Shown here piece after piece: positions 50,868 to 62,130 of a DNA stretch of 64,000 nucleotides. The position numbers were made by a program, and so were the translations under genes. Numbering within the stretch: position 1 is the stretch's first letter; each line of letters starts with the position of its first letter. The DNA comes from Psammoneis japonica (Eukaryota): contig QPGO01000280.1 of assembly GCA_008632985.1 (NCBI GenBank), positions 1-64,000 on the forward strand, in the 5' to 3' direction. A model generated the notes under the pieces. It saw nothing but the letters and a program-made list of their open reading frames with translations, searched no databases and was not told the DNA's origin.

Positions 50868-50974
50868 AAAACAAAACCCAATGTCTGTGTTTTAAGTGCT
50901 GCCACGCTTCCACCCTGCAACTCCGGCAACAAGCTAACCCACACTCCCAGTGCACAATGTGCGGCAGGAGCGCA

Positions 50975-53900
50975 TGACAATTGGCCATCATCGGCATTGC
51001 CGGAAGGCGATGCCGACCCGAAGCAGCCAGCAACAGAGCGTGTGCCTCGCACGGCAAGCCGCTCAGCTTCCCGTAGATTAGACTTGAACATGGGCTTTGC
51101 CACAGCCAACCAATTTCGCATCCGATGGGTGGAATGGGTCAAATGCTCTTCAACCGAATCAAGCAGTTGGTGCTTGTCTCTTGCTGAGTGCTCATCCGCC
51201 CTGGAATGTGTTTCTTGGACTTCAGCCTCCGTGTCACGGCGTTGAGCAGATTTCTTTGTTTCAGAATCGTGTCCATGCACGGCATCATTGTGCATGTCCC
51301 ACAATTCCCACCACTGTGACCAGATGTAACTGCCAACAGTCGCCGCCCAATCAAGACGTTTCTCCCTGTTGGACAAAGCATGACACACACCTGTGGCTAG
51401 CAGGTGCAACCGCTGGGCCACATTCCACAAAGTGGAAAACCTGCCACTAAAAACGTGTTGCCATCCAATGCTTTCTTGGGACCGAAAAGTTGCATGTGTG
51501 CTGCAATGAAATTCCTCAATGTGTGGCATTTCTTCACGAAACCACCCTTCTGGAGAACCCAGGAGCATGTCCCGCAAAGCCGGGGAGGCATTTGTGTCAT
51601 CGCATTTCTTTTGAAGACCTTGAAGAAATTTGCGTCTCCACACCTCATCATGAGGGCAACAAAGGATGTGATTGCGGTCCTCCATCGGATGTTGACAATG
51701 GATGCAACAGTTGAGACGAGCAGGGTTGCACCTGTGCACAATTTTGTTTGTTGGAAGGAGATCTTGGACTAATTTGACGGTGCTCACCTTGTGCCGGATG
51801 TTCCTCGACATCAGTTTTGAATGCACTTGCCAATCGATTGACTGAAACACAGTGTCGGACCACCCACACTTCTCTTTCATGTGTTGCATAAGAGCTGGAC
51901 TGGATGCCTCACACCAAAGGATGGTCTTGAAGTTTGAAGTCAAGGCACCCGCTGGAATGTCAAGCAATGCGGAGCAATTGGGCATGCGGGGCACAATGGA
52001 GGTGTCACCATCACACTGGCCTTGAAATCCGGTGGCTAGTGTGTCTGCTCGAATGTTCAATTTAGCGGGGAGAGACAAGTGTTGACACGGAATGGTGTCG
52101 TCTTGGTGCCCTTTCACCCAGGAAAGCATCGCTGGTGTGCCCTGCACGCCTTCACTCTGTGTGCCTTGCAATTGTTGCAAAGAAATGAAAATTTCATGAA
52201 TGACATCCCAACCAGGAGCCAGGGTGTTGGAAATGTGGTGCCTCAGGCGAAAGTCCCGTTCACGGTGAGTCTCATCCGCATCGTTGGGGTGTGGGGGCAG
52301 TGCCTTGAAGTTCTGAACGTTGCGGACCAAGGAAGAGTTGTTGCAGTGACACTCTGTCCCAAGTGGAAAGGTCCGATTGCAAAATTTCATAACACAAAGA
52401 AGGAACCGCACCACTGAAAGGTGGCCATGAGCCTCTGTGCGATGCAAGGAAGGACAAAATCCAAAGACTGGGCCTGCACAATCCACCAGAAAAACTCCAC
52501 CGATGGACAACGTCCAGCCAAAGGTGCCATTGTGCTGCACCACCGAGCCATCACTGCCGACCATTGCACGAGAGTTAGCCAATGTTTCCACCAGTTCAAA
52601 CACCAACACGTGCAGTGTCAAGTCTTGAAACAGGGCCGATTCCCATTTAGGTAAAGAACGGACCCAAGCAACAAATTCACCTGGGATGGGGAGACTCGGA
52701 GGAATGGATGCTTTAGAGAATGATGATTGAAGACGCCACTTTCCATCGTCGGCGGTGTCAACCAAAACGGGAGATGCCAAAGGTGACAAGTCCGGAACAG
52801 TCTCCAGGTGCCTCAAAGATTCTGCGCATCTGTCTCGGACGGGGTGTGCATTGCATCCGATGTCAGACCGGATGTACAAAAACTGTTCGCTCGGTTCAAA
52901 GTGAGCCAGGAATTGCACGCGCATGTCGGCAGCAGTGACAATCCATTGTCCTGATGGATGTTTCAGCAAAGAAGTGTCATCCTTGCAAAACATGGCACAT
53001 GCTCAACGCCACTGCTTCCAAGCTCTGGGAGATGGAGACGGCTGTTCCACTGGGTTGTTCAATAAAAAACTGCTGAGGAGGGATCGATCACCTGCCAATT
53101 TAAATTCATCAATGGACAGACTGTCTGGAAGAGCAATGTCAGAAACCGTGAGCACGTTGAGATGCAATTGACAGCAATTGATCCAGCAGATCTCTTTGTC
53201 GGAGAATTCACCAGACTCGAGCACAACATCCATGATGCACTGATCGTTGTCCCGCTGAAGGGGCAACACACCCGCATCGTCCAAGTCGAGAGAGGCATCA
53301 ATCTGAGCCAGAAAAGATTGCAGAGACATGAACCATTTAGATTCAGAATGAGGCAGTTTGGAATGGACATCCACTAAAAAGCTGATGCCAGTGCCCAATT
53401 GAAACTGCATCCAAGCCACCGTAACACGTGACAAAACATGAGGTTGACCCCTGCTGCGCCAGTGCCGAACAAACTGCGTGCATTTGGACATGCCTTGTTC
53501 CACATCTAATGACCGAAAACCGCCTCCACCAAGAGTGTGCGGACCAAACAGCACGTCTCGTTTTGTGTTTCGGTTGTGCCCGCTCTTTGCAAAAATCGTC
53601 CGCATCGCTTTCCGCTGAACCTCCAACAATTCCTTTGGCAAGAAGTGAGCATTCGGGAGATTGTAAGACACAGACGACAAGCAGCAGGCGAAGCAATGCG
53701 TCCAAGCTTTGTGTCCATCAAGAGGACACGCTCTAAGGAACAAGGCAATGTCATCACTCTTCCTCTTTAACGCCAAACATTGCATTTTCTGAGCACCAGC
53801 AGGAGACTTGTAATGCCCCAAGGTCTTGTGAGATGAGCAAGCTGAAAGCTGGGTGCTGGACCTCTTGGCAGCACGGTCGGCGGAGAAAATTTCAATGTCA

Positions 53901-56748
53901 ATTTTGTTGTTAAAGGGGTGCAAGCAAGGTTCGCCATCCTCCATAAAAATCCACTCGATGGCATGAAATGAGCATTTGGGAAGCTCAAGTTCGTGGCCAG
54001 CAGCATTGAGAAGGTCACACCACATTTGGTTGTCTTCCTGCATTTTTGGAACCAGGTCCACAGCGGACGGCTGAGGGGAGGCACAAAAGTCATTGACTTG
54101 CTTCAAGGTGTCATCCACGTGTCCTCAGATGAACAGTTTGAGGGACTGTTGTCAGTTGGGAGATTCGAAATGGGCGCCGTGAGCTTTCTCATCGAACAGC
54201 CAGAACAGACTGTTGCACATTTGATTCCAGTAGAATGGGGAATTGCCACTGCCCTGTCCCGTGCCATAGATTGGGAACTCAGAAGAGTGAGAGCATGAGG
54301 TCGCAGACAGGCCAAGAACCGTCTTTGGCCAATGCCCGGCGCCCTCCAAGGTAGCGTCAGCGGACTGTGTGATCTGCTTGGGCATGCCGTTGCTTCTGCT
54401 CTCCAGTGCCATTAAAGCAGGGACATTTCTGTCACAACAAGAAGTGCAGTCATCATCACTGTGAATGGCAGTCTTCCTCAACACTCTGCTGATTTCCAGC
54501 ATTAACTCCTCGAGGTAAACAGGAGTGTTGGCATTCAAGAATGGTCTTGTGCCGTAAACACCTGGATTGCACAGACGCTGATGCTCCATGTTCTGAGCAA
54601 GGGACTGCCATTTCACACTGGAAATGAGCTGAAAATCGGCCTCATGTGTGTGGATGACGCGAAGTCGGTGAATTTTGGCATTGCCAGGTTCCTTGAAGAT
54701 CATGACATCAACGATGTCTTTCCAATGATCATGCGAGTACCCCCAGTGCAGGGCACAATTGAGCAAGTTCAAACGGATTTGAATCAAGGTGCGTTGGACC
54801 TTGTCCAATGAAGCACATTCCGGAGCAGGTTCGCCATCGGCAGTTTGGGAATGAGAGTGAGCGTGGGAAGTGCACATTGCTTTCCAATGACCCAGATGAA
54901 GGCCTGAGAAAAGCGACGTTGATGTGGATGCTTTCCATGGCTTAATCTTGCCTTCCAAATCCTGAGCCATTAAGAACTGTGACACAGACACTGGAGAACG
55001 GCATTGCAAATGAGTGACAAAGCATGACGCAGCTTCATTGAGCGCAGACGTGTCATGCTCTCTGTCCAGAATAAGATCCGCCACAATTGTGTCCCCTGAT
55101 CAACCTGAGTCCACAGACAGAGGGGGAACAGTGGGAGGCGTCCCATCAGCTTGCCCAAAATGTTTCTGATTCCGTGTGCACAGTGCCGAAGCTGCTTCAT
55201 CCAGAGCATCAACAGCAATCCAGTCCATGCATTCCTTTGGAGGGATCGCCGGATTCCGTGGAACTTGAACACTGTTGATCCCAGTGTCACGTTGAGCTCC
55301 GCACGACTTGATCTTCTGGAACAGCTTGGTGGTCTCTGCTGCCTTGCGAAGGTTACGTAGAACAATCGCCTTTTTACGAGAAGCTGCAGCACTCTCCATT
55401 TCTAGCCAAGCAATCTTGTCGGCAATTTCATTGTCTCGATGCTTGACGCTCTCAGCCGCGACCTGTCTACACTCATTCTGCGCTTGTCGTAAAGCTTGTT
55501 GACACTCTTCAAAGGCAGACGGGATCATGAATTTGCCACTCAGGCTGGTGCGGACATTTTGAATCTGAGCCGCATGATCAATGCGGGTCCGCATCATGGA
55601 CAACACACGGGATAAGACACACACTCGACAACGTAAATCCGCCAACTGAGTCGACCACTCCGGTTCTCGGTGAAGGCGACACTTCTTTGCCACTGCTAAA
55701 GAAAACTGTGACAGATCCCCATCCAGCCTTTCTGCCAATTCATGATCAGGAGTGATGGACTCCAAGAGTGAAGCAGACCTCTCCAAAACGTTCCGACTCT
55801 CTAGCATGGGATTGATGGTTTGTAGGCAGGTGGCAACTTGAGGTTTCGAAGACGCTTGTAAGTCTCGAAAGGCTGTGCCTTCGGAAGATCAACAGTCGGG
55901 TTGCCAAAAAAAGCAATGGCATCAAAGTCCACGAAGTTAGCGCGATGATCCGAAGCAATGCGGTGTCCAAATGCTTCACAGCCACCAAATCGTGCAGCGG
56001 CCAAAGCACCAGGGGCAGCTGAAACGAAATCCAAGCGTTTTGACCCCCTTGTGCAAGTAGAAAATGCCGTGTTGCCTGTGAGAGAAAACATTGCATCGGA
56101 GAGATTGAACCATTGGGCCAAAGTGGACAGAGAGTCGGTGTCAACAACGAAGTCCGTGTTAAAGTCCCCGAACAAAATAACCTCACGGTTGGAATCTGCA
56201 AGAAACTCTTGCAACAAACGAGACAGATCAGTGCAAAATGCTTTGCGAGGGTCAAGGTGTTGGCGGCCTTGCTGACGCAAAAGATGAAGCTGCTGAGCGT
56301 GTGCTGTTGTTTTCCCAGGCCGTGTTTGATTTTTGGCACAAACTCTGCAGCAGGAAATGAACATGACTTGTCTGCCATTTCTGCCATCAAATGTCTGGAT
56401 AGACCAACGGCCTAACGGATCAGCCTCCTGAGAATGGCAGCGAGCAGACACCGCATTGCATGACAACAAAGCCGTGCCACCAGGTTTGTGTTGTGTAGAG
56501 AAAGGAGTTGAGCTGCAGGAAAAGGCACCTCTGCCGTGATGGAGGGAGTTTGTCACTGCAGAACGGCAAACCGACAAAACCGAATGTTGAGCAGTGTCCA
56601 AACAAACTTCCGATGTGCCCACAATGTCAGCCTGCATCTCGTTTGTGATCTGACAGCACACAGCGAAGTCTCCTCCACGTTTGTCAAACTTGCTGCTGTT
56701 TGCATTGAAGGCGTGCAGTCTGGTGTGGTGTGAGAGCTTGGGCCCCAC
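50975..56748 (-). pseudogene. LINE ORF2: AP endonuclease, RT, RNase H and C-terminal Cys/His motif; several stops
   Basis: APE GDFN, RLDFV, SDHR; RT IHRLRVIH, GTGQGSGNSP, GHVDDT, KTLG; RNase H SDGS, RTEAHG, WVKGHQD, NIRADTLA; CIHC..H..C. Confidence 0.88.
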
Positions 56749-57117
56749 AGAGTCGCCAACGGAAACGTTTGTCTTCAGGCGGGAAAAATCGATGCATCAT
56801 CTGGCAGAGGATTGAAACCGCCTGCCATCCAAGAGAGTCTGCCATGTGGAAGAAGATGTGTCTGTTGAAACGGCACTGCTCATGGTTGGGCCACGCTCCT
56901 CCGAAGAGAAGACTGGGGCTCACAGCACTGCCAGCAGGTTGAACCGAAGAATGAGGACACGGATGATTTGCAGATCTTGAAAGAAGGTTAAAGGTCCCAT
57001 GACGGGAAGTCCGACGAAAAACATGAGAGAGAGCAGGCGGAGCAGATGCTCGGGAAAGGATGTCAGGAGGGCACCTTAATGTTTGAGGGGGTGGAGACGG
57101 CGAGATCCAACCCCTGG

Positions 57118-58885
57118 CTAAAAATCCTGCCCTTGGTCCGTTTGATCGTAGGAACATTCTGGAGTTTCCATGTGGTTGTGTTGTTTCTGAGCTGGAGGTG
57201 AAGCATGTTGAGATGTTTGGAGCATGGTGACCATCTGATTCATTTTGTCTTGCATGCTGGAAAACTGTTTGGTGTTGGCATCTTGCAACGCTGCCATGTC
57301 ATTGGCATGCTGTTTTGAAAATGCACCGTGCAATGCGTCAATCTCCTTTGAGTGTTGAGCACAAAGTTCCACTGAGGCTTGATCAGTCTTGGCCTGCATT
57401 TGATTCAGCTGCTGTTGAACTTCAGCCATCTGAGCAGACGTTAGAGACGAACTTGCAGATGACTGAGCAGCTTGAGCGCAAGAACAGGAAGGAGACTGCA
57501 TGCCAGGATGTCCTTGCATCCCGCACGAACACCCGAGAGGTTGTAAGGAGGATGGAGCGCACTCGTTCGACTGGGTAAAAACAGGTGGAGGAACGGCAGA
57601 ACCTTGAGGAGTTCCGCAACCAGGCATGCCACCACGACCGGCCCCTCTGCCAGCAGACGGACGATTCAAGTGCGAAGGATCAGATTGGGGAGCTTGGGTG
57701 TCGGTTAACGGGGATGCATCCGAGAAAGTCAGTGATTCAAGGCTGCAAATGCTGGCTGACACAATGGACTTGCTGGCATCGGATTGCTCTTTGAACACTC
57801 CAGACACTTGGGGATGATCCGGAAAGGGAGGAGAAGTCCATGATTCTTCTGGAATGTTTGGAATTTCATCCACAACACATGTAGAGACAGTGGCATGGGC
57901 AGCTTTGAACTCGGCTCGTTTGACCAAAATGTTGTAGCGTCCGGAGATGGTGTTTGTCGTGTGAATTGCCTTGACTCCTTTGATGGCTTTAATGTGATTT
58001 TCGAATTAAAACATCATGTCAGAATTCGTGTGCAGCAATGGAACCACACATGTGTCTTGATTGCGGTGGGCCTGAATTTTTGCAGCATTGTAAAAGGCAA
58101 GAGGAGACAAGCAACGAGTCTTGGCCAGGACAATGTGAGTCAGGAGCTTGTTGGAAGCACACAAAAGGGCTTTTCCTGCAGTGCGGTAATCGCCGAGCTG
58201 CACTTCAACAGCACAGGTCACTGCACGAATCGGAGGAGCCAAATGGTCATTGTCCACATGAACAGCAGTCGGAATCAAAAAAAAAGAACTCGCCAAGATC
58301 CTTCGCAAACAATTTGGCAGCTTCTTCAACAGGTGCATGCTTGGATGGAGTTGCAACACAGTGTGCCGGAGTGGCCGCATCAATGACAGATTCATTCCAA
58401 CAGTGACGTTTCATGCCCACATTGTTCAAGTCAAGAACAGATTGAATGTGAGGGTGAGCACGAATTTCCTTAAGAGGCACCCCAGCCAGGATGCGATGAC
58501 AAAGTCGATGAGTGACGGGACGTTTTTTGCCGCTACGAGTCGTTGAGACCACAAAGTGACGTTCATGCTGGAGGGAAGAAATCCACTCGGCCACGTTGAC
58601 ATTCGTAATTTGGTTGTTGTGGTTGTCAAAAATCCTTGCATCAGATTGGCATGTAAACAGAATCTGTTGTAGAGCTTGGAGGTGAGCCGCAGTGAGGGTC
58701 ATGGGTTTGCACGACGCCTCCGGGCCACGAATGTCAAAACGGAGAGTGATCTCCTTGAATTGTTGTTCTTTCGGCTTGGAAGAAACCTTGGTGGATGCAT
58801 GATCAACGGTGACATCATCCGCCATGGTGTTGTCATTGTTCTTGGGAGGGGCATGGCTGCCGTCAGCAACGGAAGAAGACGCCAT
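57118..58885 (-). pseudogene. LINE ORF1 (frameshifted), with a coiled-coil/Gln-rich C-terminus
   Basis: ORFs 58247-58927 and 57118-57927 lie upstream of ORF2, inside the TSD. Confidence 0.65.
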
Positions 58886-58964
58886 GGTGGGTCGGAAGTT
58901 CTGCGGAGAGCCTGGCATTGAAAACATGCAGGTAAAATCAATGCTGACATTCGCAGAATTGTGC

Positions 58965-60474
58965 GATCATGCAAGATGGAAAGCCAGCAGTGCATTGGTT
59001 GTGGAAGCTCAGTGCAGTGCAGCACAATTGCTCAACCATTGAGAAGAAACTTCTCGTGGTGGCAATGTGTTTCAAAGAATTTCATTCCATGTTGCTTGGA
59101 GCGGATTGCACTGTTTTCACTGATCATAAAAATCTCACCTTTTGCACGCTCAACTCTCAACGAGTGCTCAGGTGGAGAGTCTTTTTGGAGGATTTTACCC
59201 CAACCTTTGAGCATGTTGATGGCAAGAACAACCTGTCAGCAGATTGTTTTTTGTGATTGCCACGCATGGATCCACCAATGGAAGGGAAGTGTGCTCCAAA
59301 CAAAGGCAAACTGACAGATTTCAAAGCAATCGACACTGCCACGCTGCCTCATGAAGAGGAGCTCAACAACATGGATCGCGCATCTTGTTTTGCTTGCTGT
59401 CGGGAAGAGCCATCTCAGTTTCATTCCTCCTTTGTTGATGATCCGGAGCTGTGTGAATCATTCTTGAACTGCCCCTCACTTGATGAAATGCAAAACCCAA
59501 CAACTGTGCAACAGATTCAGGAGCATCAATTTGTTGATGTGGAGCTGAACAACATGAGACAACAATGCCCGGAACAATTCGTGATTGAACATGTGAACCA
59601 GCATCCTGTCATTTGCTGTTGTGCTCATCCCAATGCTCTTGCAACAGAGTGGAAAATTTGTGTCCCCACTGTTTTGTTACCTGATGTGATCCACTGGCAT
59701 CACAGGACATTGGGGCATGCAGGAATGCACCGCATGCACTCAACTGTTGGCGCGCATTTTTGTCATCCTGTCCTTTGTTGGATTTGTGAGGAATTTCGTT
59801 GTGCTGAGTGTCAACACTTAGAAACTTTGGGTCCGGGACATGGAGAACTGCCTGAATGCAAAGCGTCCTTGCTGCCATGGAATGAAGTTGCAGTCGACCT
59901 CATTGGTCCCTGGAAGATTGACACTCAGGGCCAGGAGATTGAACTCAACACTTTGACTTGCATTGACGCTGTTTTGAATGTTGCTGAGCTTGTTTGCATC
60001 AACAACAAAACCTCCAAGCATGTTCCCCAGCAATTTGAAAATTGTTGGTTGTCTCATCATCCTCTTCCCAACCGTTGTGTTCATGACAATGGCGGAGAAT
60101 TCATTGGAGAACACTTTCAACTGTTGTTGCAGCAGGCGGGAGTGGAGGATGTGCCCGCCACGTCCAGGAGCCCACAAGCCAATGCGGTGTGTGAACATGT
60201 GCATCAAACTGCTGGCAATGTCTTGCATGCTTTGCCTCACCTTTGCCCTCCACAGAACATTGGGCAAGCCAACCAACTGGTGGATGATGCTTTGGCAATG
60301 ACAATGCACGCAATGCGGTGTGCAGTGTCCCGAGCTCTCAAGGTCTCACCTGGTGCTGTGGTGCTTCATTGTGACATGACACAAGATCTGCCAGTGCTGG
60401 CAGATCTCGCCGCCATTCAAGAACATCGACAAGCAATTGTTGGTGCAAATCTCCACAGAGCAAATGCCAAATGA
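58965..60474 (+). pseudogene. pol: Gypsy pol, part 3 (RNase H remainder and integrase)
   Basis: [31 protein letters not shown]...GHAG..C..C; EVAVDLIGPW; HDNGGEF; PQANAVCE. Confidence 0.9.
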
Positions 60475-60739
60475 CGCTCCTGCGATTTTCAAGTTGGCAG
60501 CCAAGTGCTTGTCAAGACTGTTGGTCCCACCAAGCTTGCACCTTGAGTGCATGGTCCTTGTCCCATTGTTCAATGGCTTCATGTGGTGGAGCAACTTGAC
60601 GTTTGGCATGTCGCACCACATCGAGTTTGAGGCCAAGGGTTTTTTCCCAACTCTTGGTCTTCCCTTGTTTCCTCTCATAAAATTTGAATTAGAATTTTAA
60701 AATTTTTGAGTCCCAAATGACTCTCATGATTCGAGTCAT

Positions 60740-60751
60740 GGAAGGGAAGAG
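60740..60751 (+). promoter_or_regulatory. Probable Gypsy polypurine tract; a 3' LTR would start TG at 60752
   Basis: ggaagggaagag|tgcaat downstream of the integrase. No matching 5' LTR found in the window. Confidence 0.5.
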
Positions 60752-61102
60752 TGCAATGTCACGCACCCCATTTTTCTGATGTGTGGTGTCAATGATCCTG
60801 CCAGACACAAGAGGAGCCATTGTGATGGGCTTCGCTGAAAGCAACCTCATCACCTTGGTCTCTCTCTCACAACTTTGTTGTCACTCAAGTCTTTGTCTTG
60901 TTGGACCTTGCAGATCGAAGAGTGGAAATGCATGTTTTTGAGAACGGCAATTTTGTTTGTGCAGTCATTTGGGGATCAAACCTCACCCAATCGGACACAA
61001 TCGCCAATTCAAAAATTGAAACACCAAAGGTGGTGCTTGCTGAAATGGGCACATTGAAACACCATGTGTGGCGCTTGTTTCCGATTGGCGTTGAGCGAAG
61101 TC

Positions 61103-61950
61103 AGGCTTGGTCTGCAGGTGAGCCGAGCTGGATCGGATCACTGGATCGACTCCTTCACAACCCAATGAAGTGTCAGTCCATCGAGTCAAAAAGTCGATCC
61201 GTGGCCTTCGTGGAACTGATCCGCCATCTCGGATCAGACGGTCTTCGAAGCAAAATGTTTTGCTCCGAAGACCGTCCGATCCGAAAATCCAGATTGGACG
61301 TCGGATCCAATTTGGAGGGTTCCATGCCACCATCACGACAATGGCACAACATCACATGATTGTGACACAGAATGGCATGAGATTCAGCCATGAGGGCAAG
61401 GAACATTCTTGGCATTGTGGTCGAAGTCTTTCCATGCTCAAAATGAAGATGAGAAAGGTGGTGTGGCAACAGAGCAGCTTGTCAAACTGACAATGCGATG
61501 CAGATTTGTTGGAGAAACATTGAACAAGCAAAGTGACAAGCACCTGTCATGTGACTCGAAGTTTCAATGCGAAAACATTGCACTGGTTTCCCAGCTGCAA
61601 AAGTGACAGCTTTTTCTTCCTCAGCATTGCTGTGGACATTGAGTGACAACGATTCTCAATGATGCGGTCACATGTGCATGCAAAGCTGCGGCAACAGCAT
61701 GGCTCTGTTGTCATGTCATTGCGTTGTGACAAGATGTGAAGCATCATGGCCACACTTCTTGTTGTTCGCTGTTGTCAGTGCTTTGTCATTCTTGGGAGTT
61801 TGGAATCTTGAAACTTGTGTCGTTTTGCGACTCATCAAAATGTCAAATCCGATCCGCGATCCGATCCGGTTCCACCTGTCGACTAACGGAATTCTGACGC
61901 GATCCGATCCGTTGATCCGATCCGGCGCGGTTCACCTGCAGACCGAGCCT
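61103..61950. mobile_element. MITE-like element with ~46-bp imperfect TIRs, GGATC-rich subterminal repeats and an internal 56-bp palindrome
   Basis: aggcttggtctgcaggtgagccgagctggatcggatcactggatcg versus the reverse complement aggctcggtctgcaggtgaaccgcgccggatcggatcaacggatcg. No clear TSD. Confidence 0.68.
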
Positions 61951-62130
61951 CATTCTTCTGAAGTTACCGTACTGAATGACGAAGAGGAAAGTCAACATTT
62001 TCCAAATAACAACAGTTTTATCCAAGAAATGTGTGATTGAATATAAAATAATAATGAAATAAGAATAATACTTGAGTTGAATAGAGAAAATACAAGGACA
62101 AAAAATTTTGTCCTGCGGGTACAGAGAAAG

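Larger units (their letters stand above)
50868..58964 (-). mobile_element. Full-length (~8.1 kb) non-LTR retrotransposon with ORF1 and an APE-RT-RNaseH ORF2 (Ambal-like), inserted in Gypsy RNase H
   Basis: 14-bp TSD GATCATGCAAGATG at 50854-50867 and 58965-58978, plus the domain motifs listed for ORF2. Confidence 0.88.

Noticed and set aside
50564..50975. C-terminal extension of the 809-aa minus-strand ORF
   Set aside because: It reads through the LINE end and TSD into antisense Gypsy sequence, so it is not part of a real protein.
1..61950. Hundreds of overlapping Cys/His/Met-rich ORFs in all six frames
   Set aside because: These are a by-product of TpA loss, which removes TAA/TAG stops and enriches TGY/CAY/ATG codons. 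They are not evidence of genes or metal-binding proteins.
1..61950. Classical RIP or APOBEC/ADAR editing of retroelement intermediates
   Set aside because: RIP creates rather than removes TpA. Editing of RT intermediates would be strand-biased and would not affect DNA transposons or target-site duplications.
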